From the IMG/VR virus record IMGVR_UViG_3300017910_000028, positions 1-28,121 of that record: 28,121 nucleotides of DNA, one strand, 5' to 3'. Position 1 is the first letter of the stretch; every line of letters starts with the position of its first letter. A program made the translations under genes and the position numbers. The stretch comes from a virus (lineage: Duplodnaviria; Caudoviricetes). Positions 7,301 to 16,204 of the stretch are shown here, piece by piece. Below the pieces are notes generated by a model. It made no database searches and was not told the DNA's origin. It was given only the letters and a program-made list of their open reading frames with translations.

Positions 7301-8972
7301 ATCAAATGAAAACCCAATGTTCCGCTCTAAATTTAGCGAGGACATCTTTAAACAAAAGTACGCTCACCAAGGTTGTCACACTTGGGCAGACTTGGCCAAA
7401 ACCTTGGTCGATGATGTGTGTGGAGAGTTTCTCCCCAAGGATGAACTGGACGACTTGACAGAGATTATCACCGATTTGAAGTTTATCCCCGGTGGCAGGT
7501 ATTTGTATTATGCTGGCCGTCCGTCCAAGTTCTTCAACAATTGTTATTTGTTAAAGGCAGAAGAGGACTCTAGGGAGGATTGGGCAAACCTAAGCTGGAA
7601 GTCAGAGAGTTGTCTAATGACTGGTGGGGGTATTGGTATAGACTACTCTGTATACCGACCAGAGGGCACTGGTTTGAGTAAGACAGGTGGTCTAGCATCT
7701 GGTCCTATCCCGAAGATGCAAATGATCAACGAGATAGGTCGTAGGGTCATGCAGGGAGGTAGCCGTAGGTCTGCTATCTACGCAAGCCTTAACTGGAAAC
7801 ACCGGGACATTGAGACGTTCCTACATAGCAAAAACTGGTATGACATGCCCGTAGGTTCTACTGGTATGTCCATTGGACAAATTAAGGAACAAGATTTTAA
7901 TTTTGCCGCACCGCTAGACATGACCAACATCTCTGTAAATTATGATACAGAGTGGCTTTTGAACTATTGGAACACGGGCGATGTTGGCGATGTCTTCAAA
8001 GCTAATGTGCGTCAGGCACTAAGCACAGCAGAGCCCGGATTTAGTTTTAACTTCTTTGACAAAGAAAACGAAACTCTCAGGAACGCCTGCACCGAAGTCG
8101 TCAGCGACAAAGATAGTGACGTATGTAATCTTGGCAGCTGCAACCTTGGACGTATTGATAACCTAGAAGACTTCAAAAAGGTCGTAACCTTGGCGACAAA
8201 GTTTTTGTTGTGTGGTACTGTCAAAGCTGAGTTGCCATATGAAAAGGTCTACGAGGTTAGACAAAAGTACCGACGACTGGGCCTTGGATTGATGGGTATG
8301 CATGAATGGTTAATCAAACGAGGTAGTCGTTATGAAGTTACGCCAGAGCTTCACCGCTGGTTGCGGGTATACAAAAGCATGTCTGATGCTACTAGCTCTA
8401 GCTTTGCTGACACTCTTAGCGTGTCCGTTCCTGTTGCTAACAGAGCTATTGCGCCAACGGGGAGTATTGGTATTCTTGCTGGTACTTCTACTGGCGTTGA
8501 GCCTATATTTGCTGTGGCCTATAAACGTCGTTATTTAAAGAACGGGACTAAGTGGCACTATCAATATGTTGTAGACAGTGCTGCCCAAGAATTGATTGAT
8601 CTGTATGGAGCAGACCCGGAAAACATTGAGTCAGCTTTAGACTTGGCAGACGATTACAAACGTCGTATAAAATTCCAAGCAGATGTGCAAGACTATGTTG
8701 ATATGTCCATATCCAGCACAATTAATCTCCCCCAGTGGGGCAGTAAGGAAAACAATGAAGATACTGTCAGTGATTTTGCTTCTACTCTCGCAGACCATGC
8801 TCACAGGTTGCGGGGCTTTACTGTTTACCCTGATGGCTGCCGAGGGGGACAGCCTCTCACCCCCGTCCCCTACTCCGACGCTGTGGGAAAGTTGGGGGAA
8901 GTCTTTGAAGAATCCATCGAAACCCATGACATCTGCGATATCACAGGACACGGCGGCAGCTGTGGAGTATAA
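7290..8972 (+). CDS. nrdJ: Ribonucleotide reductase, probably class II (adenosylcobalamin-dependent)
   Basis: FIPGGR, NNCY, GGGIG, RRSA, EPG, NACTE, VCNLGS, RRLGLGLMG, IAPTGSI, SISSTINLP, C-terminal Cys pair. No beta subunit in the window. Start at ATG 7290 is preferred over TTG 7257. Confidence 0.85.
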   Translation: MIFKSNENPMFRSKFSEDIFKQKYAHQGCHTWADLAKTLVDDVCGEFLPKDELDDLTEIITDLKFIPGGRYLYYAGRPSKFFNNCYLLKAEEDSREDWANLSWKSESCLMTGGGIGIDYSVYRPEGTGLSKTGGLASGPIPKMQMINEIGRRVMQGGSRRSAIYASLNWKHRDIETFLHSKNWYDMPVGSTGMSIGQIKEQDFNFAAPLDMTNISVNYDTEWLLNYWNTGDVGDVFKANVRQALSTAEPGFSFNFFDKENETLRNACTEVVSDKDSDVCNLGSCNLGRIDNLEDFKKVVTLATKFLLCGTVKAELPYEKVYEVRQKYRRLGLGLMGMHEWLIKRGSRYEVTPELHRWLRVYKSMSDATSSSFADTLSVSVPVANRAIAPTGSIGILAGTSTGVEPIFAVAYKRRYLKNGTKWHYQYVVDSAAQELIDLYGADPENIESALDLADDYKRRIKFQADVQDYVDMSISSTINLPQWGSKENNEDTVSDFASTLADHAHRLRGFTVYPDGCRGGQPLTPVPYSDAVGKLGEVFEESIETHDICDITGHGGSCGV

Positions 8973-8974
8973 CG

Positions 8975-9529
8975 ATGTACGGTGAGGTTTTTTATTCTGG
9001 TGAAGCACTGCCTGATTTAACACCTGATTTTTGCGAAGCAATAATGCAACTGTCCGACAGGATAGGCGAACAAGAATCCAAAGTTCTTGGTGGTAAAAGC
9101 AATGTTAGAACTAACTCTGTATTCCCCATTGAAAATGAAGACTTTAAAAAGCTAATGTTCTCTTGGATACAAAAAGCCAACTTCCATTGTGGATGGTGGT
9201 TTGATCTTCTAGGCATGGAGAACTTACAGCTTAGTAAATACTCTGAAGGTGAGAAGTACGGTTGGCATTACGATATAATACCGGGTGGTAAAATGAGAAA
9301 ACTTACCTTTACCGCTTCTCTAAACGATGACTATGAAGGAGGAGACTTTCAATTCAGCTGGGGCCAGCCAAACTGGAAATACAAAAAAAGAATAATTGAG
9401 GAACCAGCTTTGAAAACTAGGGGAAAGTTTATCGTCTTTCCCAGTTACTATTTCCACAGGGTCATGCCAGTAACTGAAGGCACTCGATATAGCCTTACTG
9501 GTTGGGCATACGGTCCACCTTTTAGGTAG
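8975..9529 (+). CDS. 2OG-Fe(II) oxygenase (prolyl-hydroxylase-like)
   Basis: HxD (WHYD), RKLT, DYEGGDF, FPSYYFHRVMPVTEGTRYSL. Confidence 0.93.
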   Translation: MYGEVFYSGEALPDLTPDFCEAIMQLSDRIGEQESKVLGGKSNVRTNSVFPIENEDFKKLMFSWIQKANFHCGWWFDLLGMENLQLSKYSEGEKYGWHYDIIPGGKMRKLTFTASLNDDYEGGDFQFSWGQPNWKYKKRIIEEPALKTRGKFIVFPSYYFHRVMPVTEGTRYSLTGWAYGPPFR

Positions 9530-9555
9530 ACAATTTTGTACAACTGTGGTATAAT
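9527..9555 (+). promoter_or_regulatory. Sigma70-type promoter for hsp20
   Basis: TAGACA (9527-9532), 17-nt spacer, TATAAT (9550-9555), with extended -10 TG. Confidence 0.8.
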
Positions 9556-9562
9556 TAGTAAC

Positions 9563-9616
9563 GAGAAGTGCCAATCGTGGGCTTCTCAATTATCTTGCCA
9601 TAGGGAGAAAGTTATG
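9563..9616 (+). promoter_or_regulatory. ROSE-like RNA thermometer in the hsp20 5' UTR
   Basis: Hairpin I GAGAAGTGCCA-ATCG-TGGGCTTCTC; hairpin II TCTTGCC-ATA-GGGAGA pairs the SD with a bulged G. Confidence 0.65.
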
Positions 9617-10015
9617 TTTCCAAGTAATGCTACACTAGGTTTCGAGCGTCTGTTGGATAATGTTTTAAAGGTCCAAGACGTTATGTCACGCGACCACTAC
9701 CCACCCCATAGCGTTGTCAAGACGGGACAAGACAGCTTTGAAATAACAATGGCAGTCGCAGGCTTTTCTGAAGACGACGTAATTGTAGAGATAAAGGAAG
9801 ACATCTTGCACATATCTTCTGAGGGGTTAAAAAACAAAGACGATGGCCAAGAAGTTTTATTCAATAAAGTAGCTTCTAGGCCGTTTAAAAAGATGTTCCT
9901 GTTAGGCGAACATATATTTGTTCATGCGGGTACATTGAAAGATGGTATGCTTAGAATTAAGTTACAACGTAAGCTACCAGATGAAAAGAAACCTAAACGT
10001 ATAAAACTAAATTGA
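9614..10015 (+). CDS. hsp20: Small heat-shock protein (Hsp20/IbpA-like), 133 aa
   Basis: LGFERL, YPPHSV, ITMAVAGFS, ASRPFKKMF, LKDGMLRIKL, KKPKRI. ATG 9614 with GGGAG SD is preferred over 9536. Confidence 0.93.
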   Translation: MFPSNATLGFERLLDNVLKVQDVMSRDHYPPHSVVKTGQDSFEITMAVAGFSEDDVIVEIKEDILHISSEGLKNKDDGQEVLFNKVASRPFKKMFLLGEHIFVHAGTLKDGMLRIKLQRKLPDEKKPKRIKLN

Positions 10016-10021
10016 TACTAT

Positions 10022-10046
10022 GGGGGCGCTTCGGCGCTCCCTTTTT
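10022..10046 (+). terminator. Intrinsic terminator at the junction of the convergent arms (possibly bidirectional)
   Basis: GGGGGCGC-TTCG-GCGCTCCC followed by TTTTT. Confidence 0.9.
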
Positions 10047-10479
10047 ATATCCCCAGTATGCCCCGTGGCTTCTCTTGTTTTTCTTCCTTGTCAGGTTTAT
10101 CTGCATCAACTGACAATAAACCTCTGGGAGGAACCTCGCGAGTTTCCTTAACTCTTTCAGTGGGGCTTTGAAAAAATTTCTGATCATCTAGCTCTGCCAG
10201 TCTTGTCTGTATTTGTCTTTGATCAAGCCCCTGTTTAACCAGTAGCTCAATCATTTGCTTACGCTTCTCATCCTCTCTAGGGTCTTGTACGACTTGAGGA
10301 GTTTGCTGTTTTGCACCTGTGTTTACAATAGGAGCTTGCTGGGCCTGCACGCCGGGCATTTGAGGGGCCTGTGCCGTTGCTTGTCTAAAAGCTGGAGGCG
10401 CTGGTTGTGCGGGGCCCGGAACGGTTGTAACACCGCCCCCTCCACCACCAAGCATACTTCCCAATACCAAACTTCCCAT
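10045..10479 (-). CDS. Low-complexity Gln/Pro/Gly-rich protein, probably virion-internal
   Basis: ATG 10479 (MGSLVLGSMLGGGGGG) with GAGGT SD; last gene of the structural arm. Confidence 0.7.
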   Translation of the reverse strand: MGSLVLGSMLGGGGGGVTTVPGPAQPAPPAFRQATAQAPQMPGVQAQQAPIVNTGAKQQTPQVVQDPREDEKRKQMIELLVKQGLDQRQIQTRLAELDDQKFFQSPTERVKETREVPPRGLLSVDADKPDKEEKQEKPRGILGI

Positions 10480-10481
10480 AA

Positions 10482-10925
10482 CTACCTCGCATTCTTGACC
10501 ATAGATGCTCCAAAGTAGAGACCTATAATCGCTGATAATAAATGTGTGTCCAATGGTGTAAGAACAAGGCCCTTCATATGCTGCCAAGAGACAGATTCAG
10601 AACCCTCTGTAAAAAATAAAAATCCCGGATTCCACTGTGTATACCCTACAATTACGGGAACATCTGGGAACAAAACAGGAACAATTTTGGGCCATACTAT
10701 GACGGCAAAGACAGCTGACAGTGCTATGATGCGCCGCGTTACTTGGAAGCCTTTGTTGTCGTACTTCCTAGCCAGATCAGTAGCTTTAGATCGGGCGGCT
10801 AATCCAGTTATAGCACGATTAAACGCGTCCTGTTTCGCCTTTTGACTTTGGCTCCACAACGTCATAAGACCTGACATCAATCCTGAGCCTAGCATTGTTA
10901 TAAGTTCAAATGGCACGGGCATCAT
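10482..10925 (-). CDS. Membrane protein, holin candidate
   Basis: Hydrophobic segments IIALSAVFAVIVW and LLSAIIGLYFG; next to the cell-wall hydrolase. Confidence 0.55.
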   Translation of the reverse strand: MMPVPFELITMLGSGLMSGLMTLWSQSQKAKQDAFNRAITGLAARSKATDLARKYDNKGFQVTRRIIALSAVFAVIVWPKIVPVLFPDVPVIVGYTQWNPGFLFFTEGSESVSWQHMKGLVLTPLDTHLLSAIIGLYFGASMVKNAR

Positions 10926-11284
10926 GGGGCCTTTCTAGTATTGCTGACAGGTGGATGTACAGTATTATGCATTTTTTCTAAATGGTTTACATCGTCTCTC
11001 AATTGCTTCACATTTGCCATTAACTCTGCCAATGTCATATGATCCCTGCGAAGGTTGTCGGGAGACATCATACCGGACAGGACAGACATTCGTTGTTCCA
11101 ATGTTTCAATGCTGGTTTCCTGTTTGTCAGTGGTGGAATCCAATACGCGAAACCTAGATTCCATGTCATCCAACTTTTCTAGGATAGCCTTAATCTGCAT
11201 CTTAGCCACTGCACTGGCCCCAGCAACAGATACTAGCATACCGACCAGTGTCATTACCAGTCTGAGATCAATAGAGCCGTCCAT
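10922..11284 (-). CDS. N-terminally membrane-anchored coiled-coil protein
   Basis: LRLVMTLVGMLVSVAGASAVA followed by heptad pattern. Confidence 0.65.
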   Translation of the reverse strand: MDGSIDLRLVMTLVGMLVSVAGASAVAKMQIKAILEKLDDMESRFRVLDSTTDKQETSIETLEQRMSVLSGMMSPDNLRRDHMTLAELMANVKQLRDDVNHLEKMHNTVHPPVSNTRKAP

Positions 11285-11872
11285 TTATTTTACTTGTCTA
11301 TAAAATTCATGGTTACCAATAGTGGAGTAAGGAACTAAAACGCCTTTACCTATTCTACGGTCAAACCACTCTTGTCCTTTTTTTCTTTTTGCGTCCCGAA
11401 TATTAGGATTTCTAAAGTACAAAGAACCTCCCGTAATGTCTTTCAACCTGCCTTGATAAGCTGCTGTTGCTATTTTAACAGCATCATCCCAGTTTTTAGA
11501 TTTAGAAGCGTTTTTGTATGCTTTATTGTTATAACTTTCAAACTCACCCGGTTTAGAAATACTTTTTAAAACATCGTCTGTATTTTTAAATCCGTATTTG
11601 TTTGTGTTTACCCGATTTACAACAACATTAGCAACTGCTTGTTTTCCAGCTAAAGACTCACCGTCTGCTTCGCTTATAAGAAGTCTAGCCAATCCGTCTA
11701 TTTGTGGATTAAGTTCTTGGGGCCGTGGGGCAAGGTTATCATACGATACCTGTGGTTGATCATCTTGTAACAGACTTTCTTGCCCTTTTATACCACTCAA
11801 AAGAGACCTTGAAAATTTTGTCTCTGCCTGTGGAGGACTTTGTTGTAGCAATCCTAATAGTGCCTCTATCAT
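11285..11872 (-). CDS. SleB/Hydrolase_2 cell-wall hydrolase (lytic transglycosylase)
   Basis: LARLLISEADGES..GKQAVANVVVNRV, EFESY, DITGGSLYF, IGNHEFY. ATG 11872 follows the upstream stop. Confidence 0.9.
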   Translation of the reverse strand: MIEALLGLLQQSPPQAETKFSRSLLSGIKGQESLLQDDQPQVSYDNLAPRPQELNPQIDGLARLLISEADGESLAGKQAVANVVVNRVNTNKYGFKNTDDVLKSISKPGEFESYNNKAYKNASKSKNWDDAVKIATAAYQGRLKDITGGSLYFRNPNIRDAKRKKGQEWFDRRIGKGVLVPYSTIGNHEFYRQVK

Positions 11873-11873
11873 G

Positions 11874-14825
11874 CTACCTACCCCTTGCCATTTCCGCACC
11901 TTGGGCTAATGCTGACTCACCTGTGCCGCCCAGCATCTGTGCTATCTGTTGTATCGCAGCTATGCCTACGTCTTGCGGTAGACCCTGCATTGGTGGCTGT
12001 GGTGCTTCTTGCATTACCTGTATCTTCTGAGGCCTGACAGTTGGCACCTCGTCCTCTGTGGGAGACGCTTGGTTTGATTCGTCTAGGTAGTGCGCTATAG
12101 ATGCAGCAACCAGACCGTCCCTAGCATTCATAACTCCCGTGGCATAGTCTTGAGCTTTCTTGGCCATTTTTAAAGCAGCTCCAGATTGTTCTTTGGTAAT
12201 CTCAGCTGGTGTTTTACCGGCTTGTAAACCTCGTACCGTGGCTGTATGCGCCGCCGTACCGGGGGCAAACCGACGAGTAAAAAAGATAAAGGTCAGTGGT
12301 TTACGCAAAGCCCCTATACTTCCATTTATAATTTTTCTGAAAAGACCTACCGTGTCTTCAGACACAGACAATGCTCCAGCAACAGGGTCTATGTTTAAAG
12401 AGCCTTTCATATTTAGGGCAAAGTCATCCACACCTTCAAACAACTCGTCTCCAAATATGTAACGCATGTTTTCAGCATTGTTCAATTTAGCTGCTGTCCA
12501 ATCGTCTGCCCATTGTTTGATACCCAATAGTCTAGCCTTGGGGTCTTGTGCTTCTACAGCTTTAAACAACCTGCTCCAGTTATCTGCAAAGAGCATGTCT
12601 CGGACAAACTCGGCACTGTCAGGAGACACTTCTTCCAATGCTCTCAACTGTGCAGCAAACCCGTCTAGGTCAGCTTTGGACAAATTCATGGCAACATTGT
12701 TTACAGAGTTGACAAATTGACCAGCTTCCTTAAAGCTCATAGTCATGCCAAGTTCAGTAAGAGCTTTGTCAACCTGTGCAGGACGCCCATTGGCAACATC
12801 GTTTAGCAGCTTCTTGTATTCCCTAAGTACGTTGCCTTTGAAAATTTGATCGGTAGCTTGTTTAGCTTTAGCACCGCCGTTCATTTGTTTTTTAATTGTG
12901 GTTTCTATGATGTTAATCCGTTTAAGAGCAGTTTTAGCAGCAACTGAAGGATTAACGGCGTTTATAATGTCAAGTTTGTTTTCTCTAATAAAGTTGATAC
13001 CAACAGCTGACAAAATCTCGTCCCTTGTGTCTAACCCAAGCTTACCGCCCACAGCGTTAGGACCAAAAGCTTTGTCGAGATCATCCATTAGTTTTGAAAA
13101 CTCTGCGCCGTCTCTACCAGAAACAAAACTGGTAAGGTACTTCTGAGCATCTGTCTGTGGTCTCTCAGCAATTTGTGCAAACAATCCGTCTTTTCCACGA
13201 TATGGAGTGACAAACTGAGAATACTCTTTGTTTACTTTTTGCAGTCTCTTTTTAAAACCTTTTGGAACAATATTAAGTTGCTCAATCTGATCAAGCAAAC
13301 GCTTAGACATTTCTAAGTTTTCTCGCGTCTCTTTAGGAGAAGACGATTTGTAAGATTTCTGGCGCATTCTGCGATCCGCTTCTAGCAAATCTCCAGCGGT
13401 AATCGCAGTACCCTCTCCTCCCTTTGCTGCTTCAGCACGGCCTGTATTTTCGTTAATTTTAACGCGAGATGTAATACGGGTGTGCAAAGGGTTTCCAGGA
13501 CCGACACTATTTACAACGTCGTCTATTAACACTTTTGATTGTTTTGATACAGCATTTAACAAAGCAGCTAACTCGTCGTTAGTAACGGCTCTGCCTTTCA
13601 TAACGTCAAACTGACCATAATACTCAGGGCCGTCAAATGCTTTTTGGCCAGCCCTGTACTGTTCTGTAAGTTTGTTATGTGCAAAGTTTTTAAAACCCCT
13701 TAGAGTTTGTCCTGCTGCACCAACCTTGCCCAAAGCTGTCTCATCAAACTGTTCAATACTCCGGACAGTTTTTACAAGCAATTTTTGTTCGTCTTTGCTA
13801 AGAGCAGCTTTTAATTTTCGTAGTGTGACGACTTCATCATCACCTGCTTTGATAGATGCTAGGTAAGTGTTTCGGTATTTATTTACTAGGTTAGCAGCGC
13901 GAGCAGCAAACTCATCTCCTGCCTGCTTGGCCCCAATGCCTTCCAGCTTGCTCATCAGGTTTCCTACAATAGCCCCATCTTCGTTGACTAGAGTACGAAT
14001 ACTCAGCAACATAGCATCTTCTTCGCCAACCCTCCCAGCAACCTGTCGCTGTGCAATTTTCATTTCATCTACAGTTGTGTTCTTAACTGGCACCGCACCC
14101 GGATCAACTTCTTTAGCAGCTGACTTTACCCTGTTGGCAATAGCGCCATATGCGCCAAAGGGAGCGCCTAGGGCAAACGTAGCGGCGGTTATAAATGCTC
14201 CTTCTGTGCCAGCGTCTTTTATAATTTCAACTGGAGACTCTCTATTGTAGCCCTGTAGCTCTTGTAGTGCTTCAAGACCTAGGGAGGCAATACTTCCACC
14301 AGCGCCAGCAGCAGCAGACCTAGCTGCCAACCCTAGCAGAAAACTACCGGGTACAGGTATGGCCACTTCAGCTGCCAAAGCCGCAGCACCTATGGCTAAC
14401 TCTCTAGTAGCATCAGCGGTAAGGTCGTACAAATCTGTGCTTGTACCGTCTAAAAAAACTTTACGGTCATCTTTAGGCTCAATGCCTAAGTTTCTAAGAC
14501 CTTGTGGAGTAAGAAATGGTTTTCTAGTAGAAGGCTCAATGCCCCAGTTGCCCGGACCTGCCAAGTCATCAAATACAGCTTTTATTTCTTTAGGGTTTCC
14601 AGCAGTAAGCGCCTCTTGGAATCTTAAATCAAGATCAGGCACACCGTCTGTAATATTGTACTCTCGTTCGATATCAGGACCAAAACCCAAACCTGCCATT
14701 TTATTTGGCAAACTTTTTACTAAAAGGTTTGTAACTTCCGCGTCTGTAAGATTGTCTAAATTTGGAACTTTTACGCGACTACCGTCATTAAGAGTTACTA
14801 TGTCCTGTGCTTGTTGCTCAGACAT
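11874..14825 (-). CDS. Large internal virion/DNA ejection protein, 983 aa
   Basis: Size, helical Ala/Lys-rich composition, Gly/Ala hydrophobic stretch, position after tail genes. Confidence 0.7.
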   Translation of the reverse strand: MSEQQAQDIVTLNDGSRVKVPNLDNLTDAEVTNLLVKSLPNKMAGLGFGPDIEREYNITDGVPDLDLRFQEALTAGNPKEIKAVFDDLAGPGNWGIEPSTRKPFLTPQGLRNLGIEPKDDRKVFLDGTSTDLYDLTADATRELAIGAAALAAEVAIPVPGSFLLGLAARSAAAGAGGSIASLGLEALQELQGYNRESPVEIIKDAGTEGAFITAATFALGAPFGAYGAIANRVKSAAKEVDPGAVPVKNTTVDEMKIAQRQVAGRVGEEDAMLLSIRTLVNEDGAIVGNLMSKLEGIGAKQAGDEFAARAANLVNKYRNTYLASIKAGDDEVVTLRKLKAALSKDEQKLLVKTVRSIEQFDETALGKVGAAGQTLRGFKNFAHNKLTEQYRAGQKAFDGPEYYGQFDVMKGRAVTNDELAALLNAVSKQSKVLIDDVVNSVGPGNPLHTRITSRVKINENTGRAEAAKGGEGTAITAGDLLEADRRMRQKSYKSSSPKETRENLEMSKRLLDQIEQLNIVPKGFKKRLQKVNKEYSQFVTPYRGKDGLFAQIAERPQTDAQKYLTSFVSGRDGAEFSKLMDDLDKAFGPNAVGGKLGLDTRDEILSAVGINFIRENKLDIINAVNPSVAAKTALKRINIIETTIKKQMNGGAKAKQATDQIFKGNVLREYKKLLNDVANGRPAQVDKALTELGMTMSFKEAGQFVNSVNNVAMNLSKADLDGFAAQLRALEEVSPDSAEFVRDMLFADNWSRLFKAVEAQDPKARLLGIKQWADDWTAAKLNNAENMRYIFGDELFEGVDDFALNMKGSLNIDPVAGALSVSEDTVGLFRKIINGSIGALRKPLTFIFFTRRFAPGTAAHTATVRGLQAGKTPAEITKEQSGAALKMAKKAQDYATGVMNARDGLVAASIAHYLDESNQASPTEDEVPTVRPQKIQVMQEAPQPPMQGLPQDVGIAAIQQIAQMLGGTGESALAQGAEMARGR

Positions 14826-14827
14826 TA

Positions 14828-16198
14828 TTACATACCTCGCCTAAATGCTACAGGTTGTTTGGCCATTTCCTCAAAACTTTTGTATCCACTTTGGACTAAA
14901 AGATTGTTTTTTATGGCCATTAAATTTTCAGCACTTTTCATTGCAGCATCAATATTTCTTCGTATGCTTTCTCTACTTTTAAAGAAACCAGATTTTGGCA
15001 ATATGCTATCTAACAACGCTAATTCTTGTTTATTTGCTTCTCTGCCAAATATACCAGTTCCTATAACGTGAATCCTCATTCTTGCAATGTACTCGTCAAT
15101 TTCTTGTGCGCTACTTCCCGCACCTTTTTCTGGACTAAATCCTACAGCTGCGCCTATAGCCTCTACAGCTTTGGCTACTTCACCGGGACCACCCGTGCTT
15201 GCTATATTTGCAGTAAGCGAGGTTTTAATTTTGTTGCCTAATTCTATTAAAGTTTTATTAGCTTGAATGCCTGTAGTAAGATCAACAACTTGGCTATTAA
15301 GCTTAGGCAACTTGGAAGGATCAGGCATTAGTGCCTTCAGTCGATCTGTCTCAGCTTTAAATCCTTCCAGTCCAGCTTTCTGCCGTGCGGCCCTAGCAGT
15401 AGCTTGCGCTGTACGATCAGCAGCAGCAGCGTTGACAAAGTTGGTCAAGGGTGACTGACCCGGACCCATTGGTGCGACAAACTCTGGCCGTGCCAAAACC
15501 CGGAACAGTCCTTTAAAATCAACATTGCCTAACAATCCTGATATTGTGTCAGCAGCTTGGCTAATTAGTCCTTCTTGGTTTTGAGCTTTTGCCAATTGTG
15601 TGCCATACGATAAACCTTTTCCTACATTGGCAGTTACTTGATTAGCTGCCCTTGCTGCTGGATTGGCTGGCAAGTCTTGCAAAAGTGATAGAGCAGTGTT
15701 GTCGGCAAATAGCTCTTCGTTTTCGTCACTGCCCGGAAGGCGACCTCCTGATATTGGGACTGGACTATCAAAGTCTATAAATTCAGACTGTCCGGGATCA
15801 GTAACTTGCCCAAAACGACCAAACGGGCGTGGCATGTCTGCGCCCTCAAACTCGCTCATTGCTGCAGGTGCAGCACCCGCCCTTAATTGCGCCATCTGTT
15901 CTATCGTTAAAGGTACTGTTCTTAGTGGCATACTGCCGCCTTGAGGACGCGGCTGTGGTCCTCTACGTAACTCACTTGCCTCTCTCAACTCGCCAGAACG
16001 AGGCATTCTATCAATAACAGGGGAGCCTGTAGGTGAGCTAGTTCGACGGGGTTTAGATGCTTCTGCTAAATCTGTCAAAGGAGTTTTAACTGAGGTATCT
16101 TGACCCAAACCCCTCCTAACCTCTTCTGGAAGATCAGTGGTTACGCTAGTCCCGTCTGCAAAAAAATTATCAATTAGTTGTTGCAAAGTTGCCATCAT
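14828..16198 (-). CDS. Internal virion/ejection protein, 456 aa
   Basis: AGGAG SD; disordered N-terminal half and helical C-terminal half; synteny. Confidence 0.6.
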   Translation of the reverse strand: MMATLQQLIDNFFADGTSVTTDLPEEVRRGLGQDTSVKTPLTDLAEASKPRRTSSPTGSPVIDRMPRSGELREASELRRGPQPRPQGGSMPLRTVPLTIEQMAQLRAGAAPAAMSEFEGADMPRPFGRFGQVTDPGQSEFIDFDSPVPISGGRLPGSDENEELFADNTALSLLQDLPANPAARAANQVTANVGKGLSYGTQLAKAQNQEGLISQAADTISGLLGNVDFKGLFRVLARPEFVAPMGPGQSPLTNFVNAAAADRTAQATARAARQKAGLEGFKAETDRLKALMPDPSKLPKLNSQVVDLTTGIQANKTLIELGNKIKTSLTANIASTGGPGEVAKAVEAIGAAVGFSPEKGAGSSAQEIDEYIARMRIHVIGTGIFGREANKQELALLDSILPKSGFFKSRESIRRNIDAAMKSAENLMAIKNNLLVQSGYKSFEEMAKQPVAFRRGM

Positions 16199-16204
16199 TA
16201 TCTC

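Noticed and set aside
9536-9613. N-terminal extension of Hsp20 in the ORF track
   Set aside because: It overlaps the promoter and structured leader; ATG 9614 has the SD.
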